Source: Tubiluchus corallicola
Taxonomy: Eukaryota; Animalia; Priapulida
Assembly (NCBI GenBank): GCA_030141605.1
Contig: JAQGDQ010000003.1
Span: 1,302,001 to 1,366,000 of the forward strand
Length of the DNA: 64,000 nucleotides
Direction of reading: 5' to 3'
The notes under the pieces were generated by a model. That model was not told the DNA's origin. It ran no database searches and saw nothing but the letters and a program-made list of their open reading frames with translations. A program made the translations under genes and the position numbers. The first letter of the stretch is position 1, and the number at the start of each line of letters is the position of its first letter. Shown here piece after piece: positions 52,311 through 64,000 of this stretch.

Positions 52311-52859
52311 GCAGCTTAAATGCGTATATAGGCTAGTGAGCCAAAAGGAGCCCAACCTTCGCAATGAATTTGTTTCCGCAGTTTTGTTATTTCGGCATTT
52401 TGTTATCGAAATATAGGCCTAATTTACAGTGACATTTTTAATTGAAGTTGAAAAATTAGAATGATAAAGTGTTTTAGCTGCAATATATTTTGTGAGTCAC
52501 TGTGCGGTCTGTAAAGTTGTTGTGTCACGTCGTTGCTCTTATACGGTATAACTATAGGTTACAATTGTGCCTAGCAATCCCCATTACAATGATATAGACT
52601 GCAAGCAAAACAGCTTAAAACTAAATCCCTTGAGGATGAAAACATAGTTTACGTAGACCTTACATGCAATTGCACCTAGTAATTTCCGTTCTCAAATACG
52701 CGGAGCAGAGTTTAGTAATAACAGTAATACTAAATAATATTAATAATCCTTATTTAAAGTCAGGTTTTGGATTAACAATTAATGTAAATTCAGTGAGTTT
52801 TTGTTGATTGTAAATAACAGCTTGTAACTCAACAGAGATTATTATTATGCAACTTTTAC

Positions 52860-52985
52860 CCTAAATGCCATGTGTCACGCTGGGTAACAACTGGTACCAT
52901 TTTAAAGTCTTCAGTATGACTCGGCTGTGGAAGTGAAGCTGAAACCTTCCAGATGAAAAGTGGGTGCATTATCCATTGCACTATA
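52860..52985 (-). mobile_element. Degenerate tRNA-derived SINE
   Basis: Minus strand reads TAGTGCAATGG (A-box-like) ... GCCGAGTCATACTGAAGACTTTAAAATGGTACC, a head-plus-core pattern of invertebrate SINE2 elements. Confidence 0.5.
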
Positions 52986-53622
52986 CGATCTGGTCGAAAC
53001 ACTGGCTAATATCTTGCTTTAATCTTTCCTTTTAGTTTTTTAGTTTAGATTGGCGTTTTGGTCCTGAAAACTCGGACACAAAGCTAACATAAAAGCATCA
53101 GAGACACTAGAAAGATATCTTCATCTAGACTGCCTTCTTGTCTTACCTTAGCAACTTTCACTGCATTTTTAGTCATAAATTAGTGGTGATTTAAGTGGAA
53201 TTACTTTGCTAAATAGCTCCAAGAGTTTTTCCTGCTCTTTTAGGTAATAATAATGGGAATTTCTATAGTGGGGATTTTCATCCCATGTCACTGAAGTTTT
53301 ATTTTACAGCTCCACTTCTATAGCTTTAATGGGTATTTTCTGCCATCTGTGCTGTATTTCTTTCTCATAAACAACTGTAAATCTTGAGCCCAGGCTTAAT
53401 CTTTCTTAAATTTGCTTTTTTTATTATTTTGACATTAAGTGAAACATCATAATAAACATTAGTAACACCGATCTACTTTTTGATAAACATTATAGCTGTA
53501 CTGGCAGTCCAGTACACGTTTATTCAAGGAAACAGAAACAGATTGAGGTGTCGTGGCACTATGTATGCTCTTACAGCTACACAAGTTTAACATAGAGCTC
53601 CTTGGCAAGAAGTGTACTGACA

Positions 53623-55501
53623 ATGACTGATTTACCTACTGTGGATATTGTAAAACAATTGGAGTTGCAAACTGCTAGCAATCAGTATATGACAACAAGT
53701 TCTAATGGAAATGTCAAAATTGAACATGCAATGCCAGCTTATTCAGAATCTTCAGACAATACTGAGTCAGCCTTAAAACATTCAACGGACATGAATAACA
53801 AGCAACAGGATGCTAAACCAGCAGAAAGATCATCATGCGTAAGTGTACAGACTAGTCAATAATTGCAATTTTGACATTTTTAGTAAAAATAAGGATTGAT
53901 GTAAAATATAAGTAATATTTCACATATATATATATTTGCTTGCAAACTAAAACCGTCCATAAGTCGGCATCATTAAAAATGAGTTATGATGCTTCAAAGT
54001 AGAATGTGCCAAAAATTGGGTCAAATTTCAATTTTTTGTGTTTTATTAAAAACTAACACTAAATATATTGGATTTTTACATTCTCGCATCAAATTCTCAG
54101 GAAATTTTCAAAAAATACTAAAAATTTAATTTCATAACCCTTTACTGTCAGACTTCTTTACCTAAAAACTAATACTGAAATTGTGAAAAACTCTGTATTT
54201 TCAAACTCCAATAGTAGCTCGTGGTAGTACTCCTTTTGCTTGCGGCTTTCTCTTTTTGAAAAGTCAGATCTTCATCTGAAAAAGCCATCTACTGGAATTA
54301 AACATAACTTCAATGTATTCTTGCAAAGTTTATAACGTTTTGTACAGTTGCTAAGTGTTTTCGTAGAAGTGCCACAAAAACAATAGCAAACTTTAACGGC
54401 TATTTTCTGAAGCTTATATTTTTCAGTGTGTAGTGTGCCCCTCAACTTCAATATGGATTTAATATCTCAGCTTAGACCAATGAGCTTGGTATCAAAATGA
54501 TCTTCATGCAATGGTAATTCGTGATGTGTGAATAACTAGAAAAGCTTAATTGCCAACTTATCTGCAGTTTTCTGTACAAGCACACATGTGAATTGTGATT
54601 GTAGTTTTATACTTTAGATGAAGTTTTTCAGTTGCGAAATTTATTAGACTTACAGATTAATATAAATCAGCTAGTGCCAAGAGAGACCCGCTTCTGTCCC
54701 ATACTTTTTTCTTTACATTTTTGATTATCTTTAAAAGAACTAGGATATATCCACTAAATTAGCTGTTTTGCTGTTCATTTCCTTATCGCTCCGTCCATGA
54801 CAGCAATGTGGCCTAGAACAAAAGCTTACACATGCTATACTTTAAGCAATTAGATTAAAATGCTGCGATTTTTTTTGTGCAAAATTGTCCTGATTTTGGT
54901 CATTGTTGTATATTACAATTTGAGTTCTTAAAGCTCTGTTCTATTTTAGGCAACTAGAAAAGACAGTCTTGCAGAAGAGCCTCCAGAGAAAATGATAAAG
55001 ATTGAGGAAGATGCTATGACATTTTTACCCATATCGTCTGGACCTAGTACCAGTACTATAAAAAGAGATCTTAGTACTGACAGCAATCAGATAGCCAGCG
55101 AGGCAGACGGTGATGAGAAGCGACGCGAGGAAAAGAAGAAACGAAAAAATGAAATAGATGAGAAAGAACGTCAGAAATTACAAGTGTTAGTTTCTTCTTT
55201 TACTGAAGATCAGCTCAATCGGTATGAGATGTACCGGCGTGCATCATTTCCACGTGCTGCAATAAAACGTATTATGCAACAGATAACTGGTACAACAGTT
55301 TCCCAAAATGTTGTGATTGCTATGGCAGGCATTGCCAAGGTGTTTGTTGGTGAGATCATAGAAGAAGGCTTGGATGTGATGGAAAAGTGTGGAGAATCTG
55401 GACCATTACAACCTAAGCACTTGCGTGAAGCAACAAGACGACTAAGACAGCGTGATATGGTTCCTAATACAAAGTACAAGAAGCAACTGTTTCATCGTTA
55501 A
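53623..55501 (+). CDS. TAF11: TFIID subunit TAF11 (histone fold), 2 coding exons 53623-53838 and 54950-55501, ~255 aa
   Basis: [35 protein letters not shown]...[19 protein letters not shown]...[15 protein letters not shown] is the TAF11 signature. Phase-0 intron TGC|gtaagt ... ttttag|GCA. Confidence 0.95.
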
Positions 55502-56480
55502 CACTTACCTAATGAGTGTAATTGTGTACATAACCTTTTTTTGTGAAAATCTCTATTAGCGTTTTCACTGAGTGCTTTCAACTACAGAATAACATTTCAA
55601 AACAGTCTAAATTTGGTGACATATTGAATGTAGCCTACAGTATAGTATTTGATTTTAAAACGCTGTCTTACCAGTTTGTTTGGAATTACTGTATCACTGA
55701 GGCATAAAATATATGATCATCATCATATGTTACTGTAGGAACATATTTGTAACTGATTTTTTTCTAATAAAGGATTATAACCAAGTTGTATACCAGAGTT
55801 TAAAATCATCCTATGTTTTTTCTGAAATTAATTATGGCAAAATTTGACATTGTGACTTTATGAATGTGACTGTTTAAAATAATAAACTATAATACACACA
55901 CACACATTTATCCAATTTTGGAAGTTTAAAATGTTGTAATTTAGTGCATTTGATAAAATTATGGGACCATAATTTAATGTTTGTAATAAAGGTATTTTTT
56001 GTTAAATGCTATGAAATATTTTTTACTATTATTTGCATAATTTGCAAACATTAATATACATTTGTTACCAATATGTTTTTGGTAATTACCATCAGCATTA
56101 AATTATGGGATCTCTGTCTTTAAAAAGTAAAAATGTATATATGTATATTATGTTAATTAAATTATGGTTCTATAATTATCTTTCCTCTTGATAGGTAACT
56201 CATCAAATATGGAATCAACTGATGCATAATGAATGAAGACATCTGTGTTACCTATCTGCCTATTCTGTAGTCACGCTGTGACACAATGTAAACTTGACTG
56301 CTTGTTCAGTGCAAGAAGGGGCTTATAGAATATTTACAGCAGATAAAAGGCTCCCTAGTGATATAAAACCTGGTCAAAACAGCAGTCTTTTCAGAACATA
56401 AATGTTGTTTATGTGCATTAAAGAATGTGATATCAATAGCAGACATTGTCAACAGAGGCAAACTAATAAGAGACTACAAG

Positions 56481-59400
56481 ATGGAAACAGTTGATACTCT
56501 GCCATTGAAAATAGTTGATCCGTTAGTAAAGCTGGATATATCTACTGATAACAAGCCAATAAAATCGGATGCAACAGATGAACAAACTACTAAGATTACA
56601 CTAGAGCAAATCCCAGCAGAGTTATTATTAAAAATCTTTTCATATCTTGAAGCAAAGTTTCTATACTGCACCATTGCACTGGTATCTCGCTATTTTAATC
56701 TGCTAATAAATGATGACGATACGTGGAAGATACGGATTTCTTACAAATTCCCTGGGAAAAAATACCCGCCGTTGTCAGGTAAGTTTACTATATTACAGAT
56801 TATTACTTGCTTAGCCTGAGTGATGTAAAGAAACAGTGTTTGCACATACTGATTTTATGAACCTTTTAAAATGTCTCTTTGGTGCTTGCCATAGGCAGTA
56901 AATAATTTTGTTGTATTTGATACGTGATTTTGTATTAGTTTTGGTGTTTTTCTTTAGTTCCCGATGACTTTAACTGGAGAATTGCGTGTGCAAAACGAGA
57001 AGACCAGTGCAGATTGTGGACAACTGGGAGAATGAATCATTTTAGTCTTTCTGGTGGACACTATTCGTCAGTTGACGCTGTTCATCTTATGAATGTAAAT
57101 CTCTTGCCTATGCTAGACAGTTTAATTATTTAAAATTAAGTAGGATTTTTGTGGCTGCTTTTCCTAACAACATTTTACTTTCTGTTATTTGCCATACTAG
57201 TGAAGCTTGGCCTATAGTTCATTCCTTGCTACATATTTCTGTTTTGATATACGTATTGTATTTAGATTTTTTTTAACACAGTGAAGAAAACCACTAAACC
57301 GAGACCACAAACTACTGTAGATGTGTTTCAGTTAAGATAAGCTGTTGAAACGTTTTTATTGTGTCGGCAAAGGTTGGCTATTCATTAACAAATAAACAAT
57401 TAAAGTTTTGAATACAACTTGATGCTGCTTGGTATCTTTTTTAGAAAGGAGGAATCTGTGTTTCTGGTTCCAGGGATCGTCAGCTTAGTTTGTGGGATTT
57501 GACACAGCTGGACCTCGATGATCAACCAAATTCTGTGCTGCGTGCAAAAACAAAATGCATTACTACTGCTCATGAGGTAATGTTTACTTTCTGAATTTTT
57601 GGCTAGTATAAGGCACTGCAGTTTATTTTGATTGTAACACCGGTTTACTTTTTGTTCTAAATTATACTCTTACATTTCCTTAATGTCTCTAAGTTCATCA
57701 TTGTGTACTAGTACTATTTTGCCATGCAAGATAGGTCCATTTATTGTGTCATGCCTATAGATTGTTTGTAGTGGATTGAGCATGTAGTGTCCGATTTTAA
57801 CAACTGGTTTTATGTTTTTGCTTCCATACAGTAAATACGTGCTTGTTTATTATCCGTAATGCAAAATATTTCTATCTTAGTCTTTTGTTTTACTTAGCAA
57901 AATTTTGTGGTGTACTTTACCAAGTACTTAGTAGTGCCATAGATATACTACGTTTTCCGTGCACTTAATTCTTATGTATTTATTGATTATTATATCTTGG
58001 TAAAGAGGCTTAAAAACATTTCATTTCTTATCATTTATAGGGGTGGATTTGGTCCATCACATCTTATAAACATTCCATTTGCACAGGATCGTGGGATACC
58101 TATGTGAAATTATGGGACATGGCCAGTGACATGAAAGAAACTATGAAAATAAAGTATGTGCACTAACAGCGATGTATTTGTCTAAGCTAATAGTGATTGC
58201 TCTACGTAGTGTCTAACAAGTCAGTGTATACTTTATATTTTTTGTATTACTTAAACAGACTTAGCAGAATGTTTGAAAGTATGTACAAACAAACTAAAAC
58301 CTTTGGCAAGTTTTGTAATAAAATTAGAGGAAAATATGAAAAACCTATTGTAGTGGTAGGCATTATTATTCTTTGAACCACTTCTGCTAATAATTAATAC
58401 ATGCATCTCCAAAATCAACAGTCATTTCAAGTTAAATGCTTGCACAACACTGTAATTGTTTTTTTGAGTTAATGAAGGTCTCTTGGTGTTTTTGCATAAT
58501 TTTGCCTATTATAGGCTTCAGAAAAAATCGCAATGTGTCAAATCCGTCAATTCACAAACTTCCCGGGGAAACGCCCCTTGGCGACCAGCCCATTGACGTA
58601 CATCTTCCACAAGTCAAATCTTGAAGAGTTTCTGACAAATCATGTGGTAGGACTTCACCTTATTGAAAACTGCATTACAAAATGTGAGAGCATGGTGTGG
58701 CACCTATGCTGTTCTGCATTTGGTGCACTTCAGTTAAGTAGCTCTTGTCGGGCTGAGATTTTGCACCTCATTTCTAGCGTTAATGCTGTCTCTGTAGCAA
58801 CAGACTTCTAGTTAAAATTATAAAAAAGAATTGCCAAAGAACTGCTTTGCTTCATGTCAGAGCTTGTCAAGATTGGAGAAAAATTATAAAAAGAAATTAG
58901 AAATCAAGGTGCATGCTGACTTATAGACATCCTATACTTAAAGCAGCACTGAAGACATTTTTAATGTTAAGCTCAAATCACAGCTTTGTCCTCAAATAGT
59001 TCACTCTATTAATTCATACTCTACTATATGTGCTAGGCGAAAACATTTTTGTAATGCGGTACAGCGTGCGAAAGTTTCAGAATGACATCACTGGTATATC
59101 TCGCAGACCTGCTTTATTATTGCAGCATCGTTAAAAAATTTGCTGATCTCTGATCATTCCTGCTTTTTAAAAACGGTGATCATTTTTACATTTTCCAAAG
59201 GCTAAAATTGTAAGAAAATACTCAGAATAGTTGTTGATTTGTGGCTGTGACTGCTACAGTTTGTGGACCATTCATGATGGCTTTAAGTCTGAGCAAGGTA
59301 TACTGCCTAACTTAAAAGTAAATGTGAAAGAAGTTGTGTGGTGGCTTTGTCTTTATGGGGGGGGAGGGGGATGACTAAATTTTGCACTGTGTTATCGTTA

Positions 59401-62089
59401 CCCCCACAACAAAGTTGCAAAATTATGATTTATCACATCACAACAACTAGACCTCGGCATGACATACGTAAACAAGTTTGTTGTAACCGCTGCTATACTT
59501 ATTGGTCTATAATAATTATTAAAATAAGCTGTACAACATTCAGCCTATTTATGCAAGTGTGCACTGTGTTATGGCGAGAAATAAAAGAATTGTATAATTT
59601 GATTCAAGAGTACATGTAATTTCTTGACACAGAATGCTGTAGACTGCTAACTACAACCATACAGTCTTAGGTTTGAAACAAGTAGCTGCTTCCTTACCTG
59701 TATTGTTGTTATTTGTGTAATGTATTGCTATAAGTGTTATTCATAGTTATGCTTAGTTAAAAATTTTGTTAACCAACTCCCGGACCTATGGCTTGCTAGC
59801 AATACTAGTGTCCTAAAAGTGACTTTGTGCAATTTTCATTTCTAATCAGCATTATATTACATATTTGTAATGTAGTGAAGTTTCAGACAGACACCAAGTG
59901 TAATTATAATTTTATCAGAAAAAATAAACTTGGAACTTTTAAATTATAAAACTGTGTGCAAATATAGCAAATACTGCCTCTGCTGTGAGGTTTTATGCAG
60001 AAAAACTTACTGCTGTTTCTTTTGCCCTTGAGTAACAGACATGAAACATCAATGGAAAAAAATCATTGCCTATGCAGAAACACACAAGGTATGCAATTCC
60101 TAATTAAGGTGCCCTTGAGTTGCTCAAATATGCAGATATTACTTTGTCTGAAATGTTTTTTGGGCTTACAATAGAAATACTAAAACATTTATTATCATTG
60201 CAAAAATGCTGGAAAATTGTAGAAAAAACTAGTAACCCAGTAACTTGTAACTCAGGTTAAATAAAGTTTTCATGAAATTTAGCCATAACAATTAATATTT
60301 CCTATATTACTGTACGTGTGTTAATCCAAAAAGTTGTGGCTAGCAGCTAGTTCAGCTATGCTAATGCAAATCATATTTACTTGTTGATAACAGATTTTAT
60401 TCGTGGGAGTATCGTCACACTTGTATTGTTCATACAGGCAAATGGAGCACATTACTGGTGTGGACTCATAGTTTCCATACAGCAACAGTTTAATAAGTAA
60501 ATTGGTTGCCTCCTACTTGATGTAGTCTAAAACTCTTTTTGGCTGCTGTGATGTGTAGTCTAATGTAATTTGTGCATTCAGTGAGAAAAATTCTGATACG
60601 CTCACATTTTTATTTGAGTTTTATCACATATACGTGCGCATTGTTGAATGCGCTGGATATTCCCTTCCAAAACTAACATACATATAGCTTGTTTTTGCCT
60701 GTACAAAGCTTTTCATTAGTTTTTGAATATGATGTTTTATCAGCAAAATCTAAACTATGTTTGGACACTCATTTATATTTTGCCTTCAGTGCTGCCTTAG
60801 AAGTTATTATAGTCTTTGCAGGATTTCACAAGAATGACATTGATGGCTTTACTTAATGGTGTTGTTTTTATTGTTTTTACAGAGGAAAGTCTGCAATATT
60901 GTGTACAGCACTTAGGCAGGATGTATTGGCCACTGGAAGTTATGACAAATGGACAATCTTGTATGATCCACGATCAGGTAGCTCTAGATTTTTTACCTAT
61001 CTGTGAATGACTGCAGTCTAATGTTGGTATAATGTAATGTTGGTTCTCATTCTTTGTTGAAAATCTTGAGTAAACCTTGTGGGATTTGTAGTTGATGAAG
61101 CTGTACATTAACTGCTAGGAAAATTTTAAAATCATGTCACTACAAGTTAGTTTAGCATACTTCATTAGAGGTGCTTCAGTTTCTGTTCAAGTATGTGCAA
61201 AATAGTTCTTAATAATTTTGAGTAATTTCCCGGTTACCTTTTTGTATTGTATGTCTGTAAGAAAAGACTGCCGATATATAATTATGTTCTTGCAATTAAA
61301 AGGAGTCTCTAAATTTTAAAAGACGTTATTAGTTCGTGTTCTCTATTTTGATTATATTTTTTCTTTTTTGTGCTACACATACAAGATATATTTTTTATGC
61401 TAAGCGTATAAGTGTGTGTTTATTATCCTGTCTGTGGTGTCTAGCGAAATTATTAAAAACTTACTGATAATTCAATTTCAGGACAAAAGGCTCTGCTGTA
61501 CATTAAGTACAACATTACAAATATATCAAAAGCGCTGCTCTTGTAATGATGTTAGAAAAACATCAAAGTATGTTTGATAACAATAAGTTTTGATGGAAGT
61601 CTCATGCCACTACATGCATTCTTGATTTACAAAAAAATGTGTGAGTGCCGAGAGCTACCTCGTGCTAGACATTCACCTTGTGTAAATATAGCATTAGGAG
61701 TGACTTCATTTAAAAACAGTAATAGCTAGTAGCTACATATACTTTTCCGGAAGTTTTTTTTTGCTCACAACTTAACTTCTTTGTGGTAGAGCATTGTGAA
61801 ACATAAAGCAGATTTAGCATACACTAGTATTTAGCAAACCACTTTTGCAGCCGACGTTTTGCGTACGATTTTTAAATACACACACAAAATCTTTTGGTGT
61901 TTCACGAATACGCGGTTGAATTAAAACTTATTAATGTGTTTAGGTTATGCACCAGTGAAACAAATGGTTTACCATGCCAAACCAGTCTTGTGCTTAGCAG
62001 TAGATGATGAATATGTTATAACGGGTAGCGAAGATAGTACAGTAGCTATACATGATCGACGTGCTGATAAGCAGCTTGACTCAATAGCG
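56481..62089 (+). CDS. FBXW9: F-box/WD40 protein, FBXW9 (MEC-15)-like; partial, continues past the window end
   Basis: Phase-consistent exons: 56481-56778 (F-box LEQIPAELLLKIFSYL), 56958-57094 (GHYSSVDAVHLM), 57445-57576 (CVSGSRDRQLSLWDL...AHE), 58041-58153 (GWIWS...TGSWDTYVKLWD), 60883-60977 (LATGSYDK), 61944-62089 (HAKPVLCLAVDDEYVITGSED). Confidence 0.88.
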
Positions 62090-62200
62090 GTACCTTTCTT
62101 TATCAATTATTTACTCAATAAAAGTAATGAGTATGCATTTACCTACTGATGCACAAACATTCTTGCAATAATTGTAAAAGGCAAGCTTCATAAATTCATA

Positions 62201-63058
62201 TACAGTATTAGACTCACTTTGGGACCGAAGTGTTTTGACTCAATTAACCGACTGAACCTATTAACCGATATGTGTAGTATTACTGGTATAGAAGTATGAG
62301 TCACCAGCTTAGTATGCACTGCAAAGGTTTTTAATGAATTTTAGAAACAAAGTAATGCCTAAATACGTTTGTGCAGTTAAAAATTAAAAAATGTATTTTA
62401 AAATATTAATTTATATAAATGAATTAGCGATAAATTAAAAAGTATGCTTTTCTAAATCACACAAGTCTATTTGTTTGCAAAAATTACAAAAATTCCTTCA
62501 AAGTTGGCTGCTTCATTCCACCGTGAAGAAGTTGGCTCACAAAGTTCTCATAATGATAAAAACCTTGAAAAACTGTTGTTGTATGATGCACAAATTGTGA
62601 CGTACTTACTGTACTGTACCTGCGTCCCTGGCATAACAGCAACATCTAACTGATTAAACTTTCTTGCAAAGACAGCTAGAGCTTCAAAAGCAAACTGCTA
62701 AGCAAATGATTAAATGTTTAACTTCCAGGAATTCTAGGTAAATTGCAGTGGACGGGCGGGTCAAAACAAACCATTAGGTTAGCATATTAGCGAATGATAA
62801 ACGTTCCTGTTTACAAACAAAACCTTACTTAACATGATTGTTTCTATGTATATTATAAAACGAAAGCGAACTAAGGTGATATAAAAGTCATAATTAAAAA
62901 GCTTATTAGTCACACCAAAGCATGTGAAGCAAAAATATTGAGTCAATTATGCAGACATTACCGACAGTTTTTATGTACATTTGAATAGAAGCGGCCCGTA
63001 CCAGGCGTTTTTCAGTCAGTTAAGCGATTGAGTCTATTAAGCAGCGCCTACTATACTA
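62201..63058. mobile_element. Degenerate Tc1/mariner-pogo (Tigger-like) element in an FBXW9 intron
   Basis: Starts TACAGTA..GACTC..CAATTAACCG and ends TTAAGCGATTGAGTC..TTAAGC..CTACTATA, giving subterminal inverted motifs typical of the family. Confidence 0.4.
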
Positions 63059-64000
63059 GAATACATTCTTCTTAAAAATATGCTTAGCTTTTTGTAATTA
63101 GGTTCACAGGTTTCACAGTCATACCTTTGTCCTGAGTTAAAGCTTTCCTTATCAGAAATAAAAGTTTGTTATACAAATAGGAAGAGTCACAGTGCCACAG
63201 AGTTCTTAGTGCCCGAACTTAACTACCAGAAAAATTGTTGCTTTATGCTTTTTCTGCTATTCTGCTTTTGTTGGCTTAGTAATTATCTTTAGTAATTAGG
63301 GCAGTTTCGTCCTCAAATGCATTAAGTAAATGAGACCATGAGCTCTCGGTATCTGCTGTAGTGTCTTGAAGTGGGCAGTAAAGACTTAGACCTCTTGCCT
63401 GCAATTCAGCTGTTATTGTGGATTTAGTGCTTTACTTAAAATACATTTACCTCGTAGGAGACAGGCTGAGACAGTTCATTGACTCAGCTTACAGGAATGT
63501 CATGGGTACTGGATCAGGCTGTGGTCACAAACATCTCTTTGAACAGCCCTGCCTCTGGGTGCTTTTTGTCATACATTGTGCCAAAGTGTATAAAAAAGAA
63601 AAAATACAATATTACCTTATACAGTGTAATGCAGTATTAGTTTCTCAGTTGTTTAACATTAAAGCTGTACGAAAGTATTCTATATTTATACGTTAGCTGA
63701 TTTTGTAATTTGCTGTTGTTGTCGAAAAATTTAATCATGCAATGTATTATAGCATGGCTTCTAGTGATTTTGTTTTCACGTAAATTTTCTTTGTGTAGTG
63801 TATACATTTATTACTGTACAGCACACAGCATTGTTGTGCTTAAGTGTTTATATATTTGCTACATGCATTTGATCTGTCATAGGTTTATTATTGTATTAAA
63901 TTTGTGACTGTGGCCGGTTTGTGGCTGAGTGATGACATTCCTGAACTTCATGGTAGTGGCATTTTATTTAGTTCTATGTTCACTCCAAGTGGTATCATGT

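Noticed and set aside
53996-54845. Kolobok-like MITE in the TAF11 intron
   Set aside because: Only a weak inverted match (AAAGTAGAATGTG / CACATGCTATACTTTAA) was found, which is too degenerate to call.
63418-63696. ORF as a further FBXW9 exon
   Set aside because: It has no WD40-like sequence and no convincing phase-0 acceptor/donor pair. The gene most likely continues beyond the window.

Overview
AT-rich, intron-containing eukaryotic (invertebrate animal-like) genomic DNA. Splicing by hand with GT-AG and phase checks gives five genes. (1) A minus-strand sigma-1 receptor (SIGMAR1/ERG2 family) locus, 17688-3858: shared exons 1-2 are followed by TWO intact, divergent exon3+exon4 cassettes, predicting two receptors with different ligand-binding C-terminal halves. 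This is the most notable observation. (2) A 13-exon secreted astacin metalloprotease (signal-pro-astacin-EGF-CUB-~680 aa Ser/Thr mucin-like tract-TSP1), 25541-42577, ~1254 aa. (3) A CCDC42/CFAP73-family gene with an intronless CDS. (4) TAF11. (5) FBXW9-like (F-box/WD40), which starts only ~980 bp after the TAF11 stop with no visible promoter and runs off the window end. Intergenic and intronic DNA holds degenerate LINEs, a solo LTR with a perfect 5-bp TSD, hAT- and Harbinger-like MITEs, two Helentron/DINE-like elements, SINE remnants, tandem repeats and microsatellites. All calls come from reading the sequence; no database searches were run.
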